From assembly GCA_964016885.1 (NCBI GenBank), contig OZ024743.1:184388001-184452000 (forward strand): DNA of 64,000 bases, read 5' to 3'. The position numbers were made by a program, and so were the translations under genes. The DNA comes from Eledone cirrhosa (Eukaryota). The notes below the pieces were generated by a model. It ran no database searches and had not been told where the DNA came from. It was given only the letters and a program-made list of their open reading frames with translations. Shown here piece after piece: positions 1 to 23,913 of this stretch (positions within the stretch are counted from its first letter, which is position 1; every line of letters starts with the position of its first letter).

Positions 1-60
1 TCCATATTCTTCAGAGTTTCTGGCTTGTATCTGCCGAAATTACCTCTTGTTGTTTTGATT

Positions 61-98
61 GCCCTGATGAGTCCTTAATAGGACGAAACATTGTCGGC
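61..98 (+). ncRNA. Minimal type I hammerhead ribozyme (PLE pLTR type)
   Basis: GCC-CUGAUGA-GUCC[uuaaua]GGAC-GAAA-C[auu]GUC-GGC. Stems I, II and III all pair. AATAAA follows immediately, then (TA)n. Confidence 0.9.
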
Positions 99-143
99 TA
101 ATAAAAACTTTTGATGTATTAAAGGATTCTTTGTTTTACTCTC

Positions 144-175
144 TTAATATATATATATATATATGTATATATATA

Positions 176-246
<71 letters not shown>

Positions 247-271
247 GTAAATATATATGTATATATATATG

Positions 272-359
<88 letters not shown>
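144..359. repeat. (TA)n microsatellite with TG interruptions, representative of dozens of such tracts in the window
   Basis: Direct reading. These tracts are the source of the poly-YI ORFs. Confidence 0.98.
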
Positions 360-361
<2 letters not shown>

Positions 362-2890
362 TCACTGCTTGACTTTATGAATGAGTTTTATTGTCTCAAC
401 TTGTCCTTGCACCAATGAGACATCAGAAGAACATTCTGCATCTAGTGTTTAGTAACCACACTAACACTATACATAATATTACAATGGAAAAACCCCTTCT
501 CTCAGACCATGACATGGTTCTTTGTAACCTGAGATTCCACCAGCCGAAAGCTAATCCCAGGGTCCTCTCTCCAGCCCACCCATTTGATAACATGGATCTC
601 TACAATGCCAACTGGGATGCAATTATGAACAAACTATCACATGTCGACTGGTCTTTTACACACGCACACACTTCCACCAACATCAAAACATCTTGTCAGA
701 TCTTTGTAGACCCTGTCAAAAATATTTGTACAAAACACACCCCACCAACACCTGTGAACAAACCAAGTGCAGTTTCCCTCAAAACAGATAAACAATTATC
801 AGAAAAATAAAAAGAACAAATAAACAAATTAACACACTAAAATACTGCCAGCAGCAACACACACATTCGATGGCTATCGCTCTGCTTGTGTAAAAAAAAT
901 ATAACCTCCAGCAATGCAGGATGACCATCAACAATAACCAGAGAATAGCTGAAGAGAGGTGGGAAATTGAGAAAATCAAACTGAACCCTAAAGTGTTCTT
1001 TTGCTAAAAAAACACAAGGTCACCGTCTCCACTGTTGGCCCCCTAGTTGATGAAAATGGCACACTCCAAGACAATGCCAAAACCATAGGCGAGATACTGC
1101 AGAAACAATACTGATCTGTTTTCAGCAACCCTGATATGGCCGATCTGGGCCGTATCAGTGATGTTAATCCCCAACATACTATCTCAGACATAATGTTTGG
1201 TGCCCCTGATGTCTTAGCAGCAATAAACGAAATTAAACACAATTCAGCAGTAGGCCCTGACAGGTTCCCTGCTTGTGTCCTGAAGGTGTGTCGACACCAA
1301 CTTGCATCTCCTCTTATTAATCTGTGGAGGAACTCACTGGACACTGGTTATATTCCTGAAAACTTTCTGTCCCAGTCCGTTGTCCCAGTCTTCAAAAAGG
1401 GAAATAAGTCCCTTGCAGTGAACTACCGTCCGATCTCACTCACCTCTCATATTATCAAGGAATTTGAAAGGGTGGTGAGATCACGAATAACCCACTTTCT
1501 TGAAAGCAACGGCCTGCTGAACTCCAACCAACATGGGTTCCGTAATGGAAGGGACTGCCTAACGCAGCCCCTGCATCATTTTGACGATGTTTTGAGAGCC
1601 TTGGGAGAGGGCTCCAACACTGATGTCATCTACCTTGATTTCAGCAAGGCCTTTGACAGGGTTGATCATAAGATCCTACTGAAAAAACTATCCAATGTTG
1701 GTGTCTCTGGAAGGTTACTACAGCGGATCAAATGTTTCCTGACACGCAGAACCCAGCATGTTGTAGTCGAAGGAGTAAAATCAAGCCCTGCCAAAGTCAG
1801 CAGTAGCGTCCCACAAGGCACTGTGTTGGGCCCACTTCTTTTCATCATCTACATTAATGACATTACTGACATCATCAAGCACAGCAACATTAGAATCTTC
1901 GTAGATGATTCCAAGCTCCAAAGGGTCATCAATGAGGTGGGTGACCGGACTTGCCTTCAGTCAGACCTACTGGCTGTTATCCAATGGGCAGAAATGAATA
2001 ATATGCTTTTGAATGAGGATAAGTTTGAATTAATCCACTTTGGAAAAAAGGATGTTCTGAAACTACCATACTCTCTTCCTTCGGGTGAAACTCTAGTGGC
2101 ATCCAATTACATCAGAGACCTGGGAGTAATTGTGGACAACAACATAAGCTGTGCCACTCATATAAACAGCAAAGTTGATATGGCCCGCAGAATATGTTCC
2201 TGGATTCTCAGAACTTTCCAGTCGAGAGATATCCACACTGTTATCCACACTGTTATCCACACTCTTCTCCACTTTTTCCCGACCCCACCTTGAATACTGT
2301 TGTCCACTGTGGTCACCCCACACGAAACAAAGTATCAGGAAAGTTGAAGCACCCCAAAGGTCAATTACGAAAAAGATAGTTGGCATGACAGGCCTTGACT
2401 ATTGGAGTCGATTAGAAAAGCTCAAACTTTATTCTCTCCAACGTCGCCGTGAGCGCTACATTATCTGCATGATGTAGAAAATATTCCATCGGCTTTGCCC
2501 AAATGATGTTGGCATCACCTTTAATGTACACCCAAGGTTTGAGCCCCGTGCTATCCGCCCAGGACAAAAATCTCACTCGCATCTCATAACAACAATACGG
2601 CACAATTATTTCACCTCAATTGGCCCTGCTCTCTTTAACATTACACCAAAACACATCAAAGCAGAGACAGACCCCATCAAGTTCAAGAAGTCTTTGGATA
2701 AATTCCTTCAAGAAATCCCGGATAAGCCTCCTACACCCGGATATGCCTCCGTAAACAATAACTCTCTGTTCGAGTGGGCCATGGTTCCCAAACACTGATT
2801 TGTAAGACTTCGCCAGGTGGTGCTATTAAGTTAGACATGGCCTGGGCCAATACTGGTCGAAACCTATCAAACTTTTCAAAGTTATCAAAG

Positions 2891-2893
<3 letters not shown>
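362..2893 (+). mobile_element. 5'-truncated, degraded CR1-clade LINE (end of APE domain plus RT)
   Basis: LSDHDMV (APE C-terminus), YRPISLTS, YLDFSKAFDRVDH, VPQGTVLGPLLF, FVDD, LEYCCPLWSPH, YSLQRRRERY. Contains stops and frameshifts. Ends in a short tandem tail (tcaaagtta)2 running into (TA)n. Confidence 0.88.
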
Positions 2894-2925
<32 letters not shown>

Positions 2926-2972
2926 GTTATTAATTCTGGCAATATTACACAAATATGACCCTCCCCAAGTAT

Positions 2973-3058
<86 letters not shown>

Positions 3059-3067
3059 ATGAAATTA

Positions 3068-3175
3068 GAAATTAGAAATTATAAGCTTTCACCGTATTTC
3101 AGACTGAAGAAATTTCTAGCCTGATACTGGGGTATCTAGTCTGAAATACGGTGAAAGCTTATAATTTCTAATTTC
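3068..3175. repeat. Short fold-back (about 37-bp inverted arms)
   Basis: gaaattagaaattataagctttcaccgtatttcagact and its reverse complement flank a spacer of about 30 bp. Confidence 0.8.
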
Positions 3176-3229
3176 AAACTCGCGCACCGTTTCAAAAACA
3201 TACTTACATGTTTACGTTTATAATTTGCT

Positions 3230-3334
<105 letters not shown>

Positions 3335-3343
3335 ATATAGTAT

Positions 3344-3380
<37 letters not shown>

Positions 3381-3381
3381 G

Positions 3382-3480
<99 letters not shown>

Positions 3481-3996
3481 CCCCTTAGCCTTTGTCAAGG
3501 CAGAATTCTAGGAGAAGGAAAACTCTGATATAACACCTGCAACCCTGATGGTATCCAGTGATGTTGACTTGTTCTTCTTTTTGGTAAATATCATCTTGGT
3601 TAAGAGAGTGGGACTGGCTTTGTGCAGTGCCTTTGCTCACTATAAAAGCTTCACGGCACAGGCATTGCTTTATATCTGGAGATCTCTCTGCACTTGTCGT
3701 CACATGGTACCATGGGCCCAGCACTATGTGTCAATAATTATCACAAATGTAGTGTTTGTACCAGAGTTTTCAAGTCGCTGGCTGGACTAAAAAGTCACAC
3801 TCGTTCAGCGCATGGGTAGGCGTTCTCCTACATGGATATAATGTAGTGGCCGTACTCGAAAACGAGTTGGCAGCCACCATATATATGTATATATATATAT
3901 TTATATGAATATATATATATGTAATACAGTATTTACGTATCGAGAGAGAGAAAAAAAGGGGAAGATAGGTGATACATATAGTTATTTGCCAAGTAG

Positions 3997-6635
3997 CGTA
4001 TGCCAAAGGTGCTCGATACTAGCCCCTCTATTAGACTAATATGCCCCTCTACATCAGATATAGGTAAGATTAGTAAAGTGATCCTCGACAGAGTACTACT
4101 GGAGCTCAATAGAAAGGCTAAGGTCTGCCTCTGGGGCAACACCGACCAGGTCATAAATTGGTTCACCGAGTTGCCGGATAAAGCTACCCTGAAGTTCATC
4201 CAGTTTGACATAGATAGTTACTACGCCTCTATCTCTCCCATACTCTTAAATAAGGCACTTATCTTAGCTAAATCTAACACTAGCCTCACTAAAAAAGAAA
4301 TTGACATAGTTCTAGCGGCGCGTAGAACCATTATCCAGTTCGAAGGCTCCCACTGGACCAGAACCAATCGTCCTGATAACTTCGATGTCACGATGGGATC
4401 CAGTGACTCAGCGCAAGCAACTGACCTGGTCGGGATATACCTCCTACATAAGCTTAGGGAAGAGATACCGGCCCTACAAGGAGGTGTATATAGAGACGAC
4501 GCCCTGTTTACCGTTAGGAACCATAGCCCCCGTAGGATAGAGAACCTTAACAAACATATACACAGGTTCTTCAAGTCATACGGCCTATCCGTAACTATGT
4601 ACCTCAACCACAAGGTTGTCAACTTCCTGGACGTGACCCTAGAGTTGAGTACGGGCTTATACAAGCCATACCATAAGCCTGGAGAGTGCCTCCAACCACC
4701 CTAAGCAGACTCTCAACTCCATAGTCTATAGTATCTCACATAGAATCTCGAGGCTATCCGCCAATGAGGATATCTTCAACCAAGCGGCAGATTACTACAA
4801 TAGGACCTTGATAAGCACCGGCTTTAACCGAGGAATTTCCTACATCCTTAACGCTAGCTCTAGAAACCACCCCCCTTATAAAACGAACGTTATAGTAAGC
4901 CATACCTATAACCGATCACGCGGCGACCTCGTTGAAGTCGGATATAATAGAATAGATAACCGCACTAAATATCATGACCCCGCCAACGGTGACCACTGTA
5001 GATTACTCGAACTATTCCCCTATTACAAAACCAACAAAGGCGACGGCCTACTACCAACGCCTTCCAACCAACATCTTCCTGTACATAAACATGGAAGAGG
5101 TAGGAAGAGTGCACCCGAACATAAAGTGAAAGGGGCACCGAACGGGCGACTGCGCACTAACACACATAAGAGCGGTCACCTAGATGGAACCACCCGTAGC
5201 AAACGTACAAGGACACGTAATCGCCACCGTAACGTCCTATGGTTCCACCCCACCCCCATCCCCCCTACTCTCGGAGTGTGGCCTCCACATACCCCGGATG
5301 TTCTTCGAAGCCTTAGAGAAGAACTTGCCACCCAACCATAGGTATAGAAAAATTCTTAATAGGAACAATATAAAAATATCCTTCTCTATTACTACTAACC
5401 TAGCAGACATCATAGGAACAACGAACCACAGTAAGATCACCAAGACACAGCACCTCGACTCAGATGCACCTACACCTGACAATAACTATATCGGCCTTAA
5501 CAACTCCCTGACAGCATCCAATAGTGTTGGCAGCGGCATCCGCAGGCGCAACCAGCATAACCGCGAAATGACTGGCGAACATGCAGCACATGACGTGCGG
5601 AATAACAATCGCACCACCCCGCGTGCTGTGGGTTGTAATGGTGCTAACGACAGCTGCGGTAGCGTGGGTAACAACGTAGGCAGCAACAATGATAGCCTTA
5701 CCGTGGGAAATAGACGGAACCGCGACAGAAATTGCAACTGCCGCGACAGAGGACGCTGCCCCCTTAGAGGATACTGCTTGACTGATAGGGTTATATATAG
5801 ATGCACTATAACTAGCCACAATAGCGTTAAACATTATATAGGGGCTACCTCCGGCCCGTTCAAAATTAGGTTTCGAACACATCTCCACTCTTTCACAAAT
5901 AAAAAACTAAGACACTCCACTTCGCTGGCGGACTACATCACATCACTAAAGGACTTAAACATCAGCTTCTCCACGCACTGGGATATTGTCGGCAGGGCTG
6001 CACCGTACAACTTCAAGATGAAATGCGATCTTTGCCTCATGGAGCTCTACCACATCATAACTGCACCCCACGAGCTCATCAACAGCAGAGCTGAAATAGC
6101 GATAAGTTGTACACATCGCTTTAAAATATCCTTCTTCAGATGGGTTAAGGAGGAGGAGTGAAACCGTGCACCGGATCTCCCTGCAACAAGTCTTAACACC
6201 CCGGCGGGCAGGCGCTGCAAAATAACACCCAGGAAACTATCCTTGCATACCAGACCCAGCCTCAAACGACTCAGACAAACAGATGCAGCAAAAAAAAAAG
6301 CTCTCAAAATAAGCGTTGATTACATGCGTATCGACAATGGTAAGGTTGTAACCTCATCTCGTAGCGGATAAAAAAAAATTTGTCCGGGAAAGACTGCCTT
6401 AACACCGGCCAGAGTTACCTCCCTTGACCTGCTGCAAAATCGAAACAAGCTATTTTTGCGAGCAATGAACCTTGACGTGGATTTAACCCCAAAAACTCTT
6501 TCCGGGCAATGTAAGGAACACTTTTGATTATTTATGCCCTTGAGAAGCCCAACTGGGCGAAACGTACGTAGGTGCTGTTTTAAATAAACATGCTTTAACG
6601 GTCTATTCTCCGATTTCTTACTTTCCCACGTATAT
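3997..6635 (+). mobile_element. Penelope-like element (Naiad-like), 5'-truncated, frameshifted
   Basis: RT motifs FIQFDIDSYY, VTMGSSDSAQ, YRDD, VNFLDVTL. CNCRx4CPLxGxCL precedes a GIY-YIG endonuclease (VIYRC..YIGATS..F..R, NSRAE..CTH). A 3' HHR is present. Confidence 0.9.
6536..6575 (+). ncRNA. Hammerhead ribozyme, U3-A8 variant
   Basis: CC-UUGAGAA-GCCC[aacu]GGGC-GAAA-CGUACGUA-GG. Stem III is palindromic and stem I is short. AATAAA lies downstream. Confidence 0.78.
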
Positions 6636-7269
6636 ATATGTATATATATATATTAGAAAGTGAGGTTTTTTTTACAAAAGGAAAAATAACCGACGTGTCC
6701 TACACGAGTGAAAGTATAAGGAAAAAAGATGAAATCGAAAATGCAACTGGAGTCTTTTTTTTTTTAAATATATATTTATTTAGTTCCTTTACCGGATTCG
6801 CAGTTCTTCTGCTTTTCAAAAGTAGAATTGAGATGGAGGGTCTGTGGTTTTTCTCACATCTGGTTGGTCTTTGAATGTTACTTCTGTTTTATATGGAAAA
6901 AAGTAGCTCGAAATGCCAGGTTTTTAGAGAAGTAATTTCGTTGGTTGGTGAATAAGTATAATAAATTTCGCGCCAGTTCGCGTTACAAAGTTCTTCAAAC
7001 AAAGGGGGGGAGGCTCAGGTTGTCCTTTCATATATGAGTGAAGTTTGGTTGGTTGATGCAGTCACGTGAATAAGCACATCAGCTTTCTCGCCAGTTTGTG
7101 TTTAAATTTCTTTTTACTTGCTCACGAAGGCTTTTTTTTTTAAATGTAATTTGATTGGTTATAAATGAAATTATGACTGTTACGTGAGCAAGTACATTAA
7201 ATTTCGCGCCCGTATTTTGGAATTTTTTTTATAGCCATTTAGAGAATTTTGTGCCAAATAAAAGATAAT

Positions 7270-7430
7270 TGTTTCTACTTTTGGCACAAGGCCAGCAATT
7301 ACCTAGTACATTACTGGTACTTTATTTTATCGACCTCGTAAGGATGAAAGGCAAAGTTGACCTCGGCGGGATTTGAACTCAGAATGGAAAGGGCCGTAAC
7401 TCTATTCGTCAAAGCATGGTGTCTGATCCT
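7270..7430 (-). mobile_element. tRNA-derived SINE with Meta-type core (Octopus-type)
   Basis: The minus strand reads gagttcaaatccc (B box) then gccgaggtcaactttgcctttcatccttacgaggtcgataaaataaagtaccag. Confidence 0.8.
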
Positions 7431-7596
7431 CTACAAAAGATAATGGTCAAGAAAAAGGGATTTATATATACATAAATATATGTATATATATATATATGTA
7501 TATATACGTGTGTGTAACGGTAGCTATGGTGCTTCCATATGCGGTATGCCAAAATTAGCACTCAATATTCATACAGAGCAGAGTGTGAATAGTATA

Positions 7597-7665
<69 letters not shown>

Positions 7666-7669
<4 letters not shown>

Positions 7670-8248
7670 AAGTGTTGAAACGATCAAATGTTAGTTTATA
7701 ACATTTATTAGCTGACAATTGTTTCTTCCAGAGGTAATTCTGGAATCATCGGAGCATAAGGAATGTCGAAACATGTAACTAAAATCCTAGTCATTTAGAA
7801 CATTTAGGGTACATAATTGTTATTAGTGTCAAAGGCATCAAAGATGTTCTGCTTGAAAGAACACAATTACAGGCAGCACTATAACTCTTTCCTTATACAT
7901 GACTTATTAACTGTATTGACTCCTGCAGTGTACACCAATTTTCCTTGCTTATAACTTTTTTGCCTGTGTTTTTTCTAGCTTATATTTTTTTGCTTGTGCT
8001 TTTTAATTATACCTATTACACTTCCAACCAGTGCTGCCTGTAATTGTGTTCTTTCAAGCAGAACATCTTTTTAACTCCTGACTCTCCGCGTGATGCCTTT
8101 GACACTAATAACAATTATTTGCCCTAAATGTTCTAAATGACTAGGATTTTAGTTACATGTTTCGATGATTCCAGACGTCCCTCAGGAAGAAACAATTGTC
8201 AGCTAATAAATGTTCTAAACTAAAATTTGATCGTTTCAACACTTTGTA
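7666..8248. repeat. Inverted pair of pLTR-like units
   Basis: 7666-7880 is the reverse complement of about 8030-8248, with indels. Confidence 0.85.
7711..7755 (-). ncRNA. Hammerhead ribozyme, C4 variant (CCGAUGA)
   Basis: GCU-CCGAUGA-UUCCAGA[auuacc]UCUGGAA-GAAA-CAAUUGUC-AGC then AATAAA. A damaged copy lies on + at about 8162-8203. Confidence 0.85.
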
Positions 8249-8418
8249 TCTCGGCTCTGTAAAATACTTGAAAATTTGCATTGAGCCTTTTCTCATACCG
8301 GTAACCGGCTAGTACTTAGTACTACTCTACATATTTATAGTTATATCAAACATATATAAATATAAATATTCTTATTACTATATATATATATATATGTGTG
8401 TGTGTATATATATATATA

Positions 8419-9172
8419 TTTAACGAAGGGTTTTTTTAAGTAATTAGATGGTGATATGTGGTTATTAGAAATGATTATAACAGAGTTGTTAGATTTAATA
8501 ACAAGAATAATAGTTGAAATAACAAGTATAATAAGAATAAATGTTTTTAGTTTATATATGGTTTACTTCACGTGAATCAATTAAAAAGTACAATAAAACA
8601 GTTACCAAGAGTTGTTAATTTTGTTATTATTGTTGATGTGAAAACAGCGAGCGAACAGATAATGTTGTTGTTGGAAGTTGGAGTCCGTGGTAGTAATTGT
8701 GAGAGTGAGTAAGAGAGAGAGATATGGTTTGTATACCTCTGTTATGGTCTGTAGTAACTGTGAACCACCGTGGCCTGCAAACAGCGGTGAATCTTCCACA
8801 TTTGTGTTCTGTAGTAGTAGGGCTCCAATCACTCTGTATTTCTGTAGACCTCTGGGGTCTGTAGTGACTGTGAATCGTTACATAGTTAGTTGCTAGCGTA
8901 ATGCTCCGATCTTTCTTGTCTTTCTCAAGACCACTGGGGTCTGTTGATAGTGGTGAATCTTTCACATAGCTTGTTCTGTAGTGGGGTGCTCCGATGTCTC
9001 TATGTAAACGTGGGATGATAAAGGCTTTATATACCTGTCACTTCCTCCCACTCCCCCACACACCTTGAGGGGACAGCCAACGCATCAACCTTTTCACACC
9101 AGAAGGGTGGTGACCTAGAATTTGACCTTTAGGTGTCACGCACGGTTTAAGGCGCGGACAGATTTTGCTACA
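8419..9172 (-). mobile_element. Possible solo LTR inserted in (TA)n
   Basis: The minus strand starts TGTAGC, has a TATA-like tatataaag near 9025 and contains internal imperfect direct repeats. The 3' terminus is not a clean CA. Confidence 0.3.
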
Positions 9173-9249
9173 TATATGCATATACTGTATATATATGTAT
9201 ATATATATATACATATATATATATATTTATATATATATATAATGTATAA

Positions 9250-13155
<3,906 letters not shown>

Positions 13156-13263
13156 AATCTGGGATATTATTCCCATTCGAGTGCTAAAGCTAAATACCGA
13201 ATTTGCATTCGTTAGCTTGGCCGCAAACTAAAGCTTCGTTATTGCTGCACTAAAATTTGTATA

Positions 13264-13381
<118 letters not shown>

Positions 13382-13409
13382 TGTAATAAACAACATAAGG
13401 CAATTATTC

Positions 13410-13463
13410 CATTTACCAGTGGTTTCTTAAAAGCAAAAAGTTTTGCTTTCAATCATCAGAATG
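13410..13463 (-). ncRNA. Hammerhead ribozyme
   Basis: CAUU-CUGAUGA-UUGAAAGCAA..UUGCUUUUAA-GAAA-CCACUGGUA-AAUG. Confidence 0.85.
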
Positions 13464-13863
13464 AAAATATCCTGGTCTGTTTATTGAATTTGGATTTTAA
13501 AAACAAAAATGCAATCTATATGAAAGTGAGGCTGGAGAAACAGAAGGAGAGGAAAAATAAAATAAAAACACACATGCAAACACACACACACACAAAAGCA
13601 TACATACACACACATATATATATATATACATATATATACATACACTCATACATACACACACACATACACACACATATATGTGTATATAAATACACACATA
13701 CACATACACATACACATACATACGCACATAAATATCAACACATCCATACATACACATACATATATACATCCACACACACATATATACACACACATATTTA
13801 TAGAAATAGAAGTATATATATATATGCCGTTAGCTTCTTGCTAAAACAATCTCTATACCTCTC

Positions 13864-13952
<89 letters not shown>

Positions 13953-14339
13953 CAGGAAAGAAGGTTTACATGGTTTGCTATACAAAAAAGTTTTTAATCA
14001 CATAGCTTACATTTGTTTCACTGAACTGGTATGTCTAGAGATCGCTATCCGCTTAATTTTGCGTTACTCGATCGCCAATACAGAATTATACACCTCTACA
14101 TATTCACACACGCAAATAAATATAAGAAAAAATATATATAAAAAATAAAATAAAGACTATTATGCAGTTGACAGCGATACAAGCGACGAATAAGTGAACA
14201 GACGCGCGTGGTAAGCGATACACACGAATGCACGTACACATACGTACGAAAAAGTAAATACATACACACACTCTCACACATAAATATACATATACAAATA
14301 CATAAACACATACATACGCATACACAAATACATACACAA

Positions 14340-14374
<35 letters not shown>

Positions 14375-14539
14375 CATATATACACACACACATACATATA
14401 CACATATATATATATATATAAATACACACACACACATATACACACATATATATATATACATACACACACACATACATACATAGCTATACAATTATACACA
14501 TACAAATACGTACATATCACAAACACGCACAACCAAATA

Positions 14540-14583
<44 letters not shown>

Positions 14584-14789
14584 ACATATATATATATATA
14601 GATAAATCTACCAAACGTTTACGGTAGTGTCCAATCCGTATGAAGAACTCAATGTAATCCGGATATCATGGAAAGAAGAGATGCATTCAAAAATCACTTT
14701 CGGTGAAAGATAAACGGAATACAGAGTCAAGATAAAATGTTTAAAAAATAATGAATAAAACAATGAAACAGTTCCTTATATTAAACAAA

Positions 14790-19135
<4,346 letters not shown>

Positions 19136-19199
19136 TATATATATATATGTTTGTGTGTGTGTGTGTGTGTAAAACTCAATCTTAGCTAATTCATATGAA

Positions 19200-19361
19200 C
19201 CTTATATAACTACAAAATATACAGATACATATATATAGTAATGTAATAAACAACATAAGGTAATTATTTTATTCACCAATGGTTTCTTAAAAGCAAAAAA
19301 ATGTTGCCTTCAATCATCAGAATGAAAAAAACCTGGTCTATCTACATATATATATATATAT

Positions 19362-19442
<81 letters not shown>

Positions 19443-21798
19443 CACATACATACACATACATTTTGGTATGTGAAGGGTAAGGTAAAAAGAATATCTGGGG
19501 GGGGGGAGAAGACATAGGAAAAGGTGAAATATAAGGGGAGATAAGGGAGAAAAAGAATACAAGAGTACAGAACGTGGATTCAGCAAATAAAAAAAACCGT
19601 AGTAGAAGTAAAGAGCAGGAAAGGAATTCAAGGCGGTTGATTTATCATAGGAGTGTCAATCCAGTTACAGATCAGATGTGATTTCAGATCTCGGTCTTTG
19701 AGTTTAGGCATGCAGAAATGGCTCTCAAGTTTAGAAAAATCCTATATTTTTCTGTGGTACACAAAGAACAATACTTTGTGCCCCTTTGGTACTCCCTCGA
19801 ATGGTCTAAGATAGACCAATCGATAGAGTACGGGATGTTACTATCCTTGAATTCCCACACCTTACTTACGAGGGCCGTTGATGTTCGTTTATCGGAGTGC
19901 TTAAAAGAAGCGACATGTGAGTAAAATCTGGTTTTAAACCTGTCCTGGGTCATGCCGACATATCGCTCACTCCTGGCTGGCTGGTTGTTGATTAACGGTG
20001 TTATTTTAGCCTCATAAAGAACAGATTTGGTGTTGCATTTACCCTGCAATGGGCATTCATCCGGCTTCCTGCAACTGCATCCTGGATTTGTTCTCGTATG
20101 ATTTGAACTAGTGATCTTGGACTTCATAGATGGGCAACAAGAGTAACTGATCTTAACTACGTTCCTATTAAATATCTTATAATATCTATGATTAGGAGGA
20201 AAATGATTGTCTAAGAGTTCAAGGAATTTCCTTCCTACATTAGTTTTGACAGTTAGAGAGAAGGGGGTGTGAACCAAATAATTTTTCTTTTCCTGTTATT
20301 GTGGTTAGTTTTAGGGAGGGGGGGAGTAGGTAAATAAAAAAATGTTTCTGTAAAACCGCTGTTCTTAAGGGCTTTATTATAATAAGGAGCGGCTTTATTA
20401 AAAATGTCTATAGATGAAGATAAGGTAGAAATCCTACAGCTAATGTTAGGAATAAGATTATTAAAAACTATAGGGGAATGGCAAGACTCTTTGTGTATAT
20501 ACCTAAGATTTTCATTAGGTTTATGATAAGGTTTAAAAGAGGCGGTAAGTAGATCAAGATTAATATCAAGAAAGTTAGCATTGGTAAGGTTCGTATCTAT
20601 AGTGATTTTAAGGTTAAGATTAGCAAAAGTATTGATTAAATCTTTACGGAATTTATGAAGGTTATGGCCGTTGGTGGTATGAGAAACTGCCAATCCGTCA
20701 TCACGGTATAAACCGATATTATGGGAAGGAAATTTCTCTTTGAGGGTGTGGAGAAGGAATAATACTACTAAGTCACACACATCCGCACTGTCATATGAAC
20801 CCATTGCAACATCAAAAGAGTTTTCAGGGTTTGACTTTTTAACCCAAATATTTTCATTAGTAAAGAGTAAAGTGTTTCTAGCATGAAAGATAATGTCTTC
20901 TTCTAATCTAGAAATATTAATGAAGGGTCTTGCAAAATCAAAGGCATTAGTTAATAAGGAAACAGTAATAGAGGGGTAAAAATCAACAATATCAAATTGG
21001 GTAAATCTACACTTATTTTTACCTTGTATATTATTAAACCAAGAAATAACAGAGGAAGTATTTAGCCACTGTGATAGGTCAGTGTTAGTTCTAATTTGGA
21101 GAATTATTTTTCTTAAGATTTTTTTACTTGCAAGGCCAACTTCGGATTTAGCCGGGTTAATCAGTCTACAACTAGGTCGATTAGTAAAGTCCAATTTATG
21201 GTCTTTAAGGGTAATATATTCTTTACGCTTAGCTAGGCTTTCAATCCGGTTGTCTATTTTTAAAGAACTAGCTAGTTCTTTAGCTTCTTTATTGTTAATA
21301 TTGTAGGTATTATTATTAGTTAATTGATATTTGTTGGTAATACTATTAGTTAAAAGCTGGTTATACAAAGTACTATTAACTTCAAAAAGATTTTTAGTTT
21401 TATCAGAAAGAACAAAAGTGTTTGTAGAATTTCTAAAATTAGAAATATCGTTAGATAGTTTAGTTTGAAAGTTATTATTGTACTTATGAAATTTGATATC
21501 ACTAATTAGATTAACAAGGTCTATTTCGAAGTTGGCCATGTCTTTAATTCTAGGTGGATATTTACGGGATTTTATGTCAAAACAATCATTAGTATCAGCA
21601 CTGAATAGTCCATCGTAAACCATTGCCTTCCATCTCATTCTTTTAACGACTTGTTCGATTTTATCTATAAGCATTTTGGTATAAGATGTGTTGGAAGGAG
21701 TAGGTATATTTTTGATTGAATAATCCAATTCATAAAGGTCCATGGTGTATGTTGGTTAAATTCCTGAAAACTGTAGAGTGCTCAACTAATCGAGCTGG

Positions 21799-21799
<1 letters not shown>
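19200..21799 (-). mobile_element. Near-full-length Penelope-like element (Naiad-like), frameshifted
   Basis: ORF 21743-20253 (YSIKNIPTPS, RLINPAKSEVG, FDIVDFYPSI, AMGSYDSA, GLYRDD) continues in another frame at 20277-19684 (CSCRKPDECPLQGKC, YVGMT). An HHR-bearing tail follows. Confidence 0.92.
19271..19324 (-). ncRNA. Hammerhead motif with GUG triplet (probably inactive)
   Basis: Same family as 13410-13463, but the cleavage triplet is GUG, which breaks the NUH rule. The inverted copy at 22670-22724 (+) also has the core CUCAUGA. Confidence 0.7.
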
Positions 21800-22970
<1,171 letters not shown>

Positions 22971-23105
22971 TATTTGGTTGTGCGTGTTTGTGATATGTAC
23001 GTATTTGTATGTGTATAATTGTATAGCTATGTATGTATGTGTGTGTATATGTATATATATATGTGTGTATATGTATATATATATGTGTGTATATGTGTGT
23101 GTGTG

Positions 23106-23152
<47 letters not shown>

Positions 23153-23913
23153 GTATGTGTGTGTGTATATATGTATATATATATATGTGTGTGTGTATGT
23201 ATTTGTGTATGCGTATGTATGTGTTTATGTATTTGTATATGTATATTTATGTGTGAGAGTGTGTGTATGTATTTACTTTTTCGTATGTATGTGTACGTGC
23301 ATTTGTGTGTATTGCTTACCACGCGCGTCTGTTCACTTATTCGTCGCTTGTATCGCTGTCAACTGCATAATAGTCTTTATTTTATTTTTTATATATATTT
23401 TTTCTTATATTTATTTGCGTGTGTGAATATGTAGAGGTGTAATTTGGTACATGCATATGTATGCATTTATGTATGTGTATGTATGTACGTGTGTATATAG
23501 GTATGATTGTGTGCATGTATGTATGTATATGTATGTGTCTATGGCTATGTTTGTGTATGTGTATGCATATATATATATATATATATATATACGATATATC
23601 GTAAACCTACTCCAGAAACTGTTGAGTGCTTTTATATCAGTTATAAAATATTTACTCGTTGTAACCCAACAATCTTAAATAAAACTTTTGCATATATATA
23701 TATATATATTTCTATTTCTATATATATGTGTGTGTATATATGTGTGTGTGGGTGTATATATGTATGTGTATGTATGGATGTGTTGATAATTATGTGCGTA
23801 TGTATGTATGTGTATATGTATGCGTATGTGTGAATTTATATACACATATATGTGTGTATATGTGTGTGTGTGTATGTATGAGTGTATGTATATATATGTA
23901 TATATATGTATAT

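Noticed and set aside
3481-3545. ctaggagaaggaaaactctga, resembling RTE 5' UTR sequence associated with HDV-like ribozymes
   Set aside because: The match is too short and truncated by (TA)n, and no RTE coding sequence follows.
6650-7250. Region with three imperfect ttggtt..aaatttcgcgcc repeats, possibly a non-autonomous DNA element
   Set aside because: No terminal inverted repeats or target duplication could be identified.
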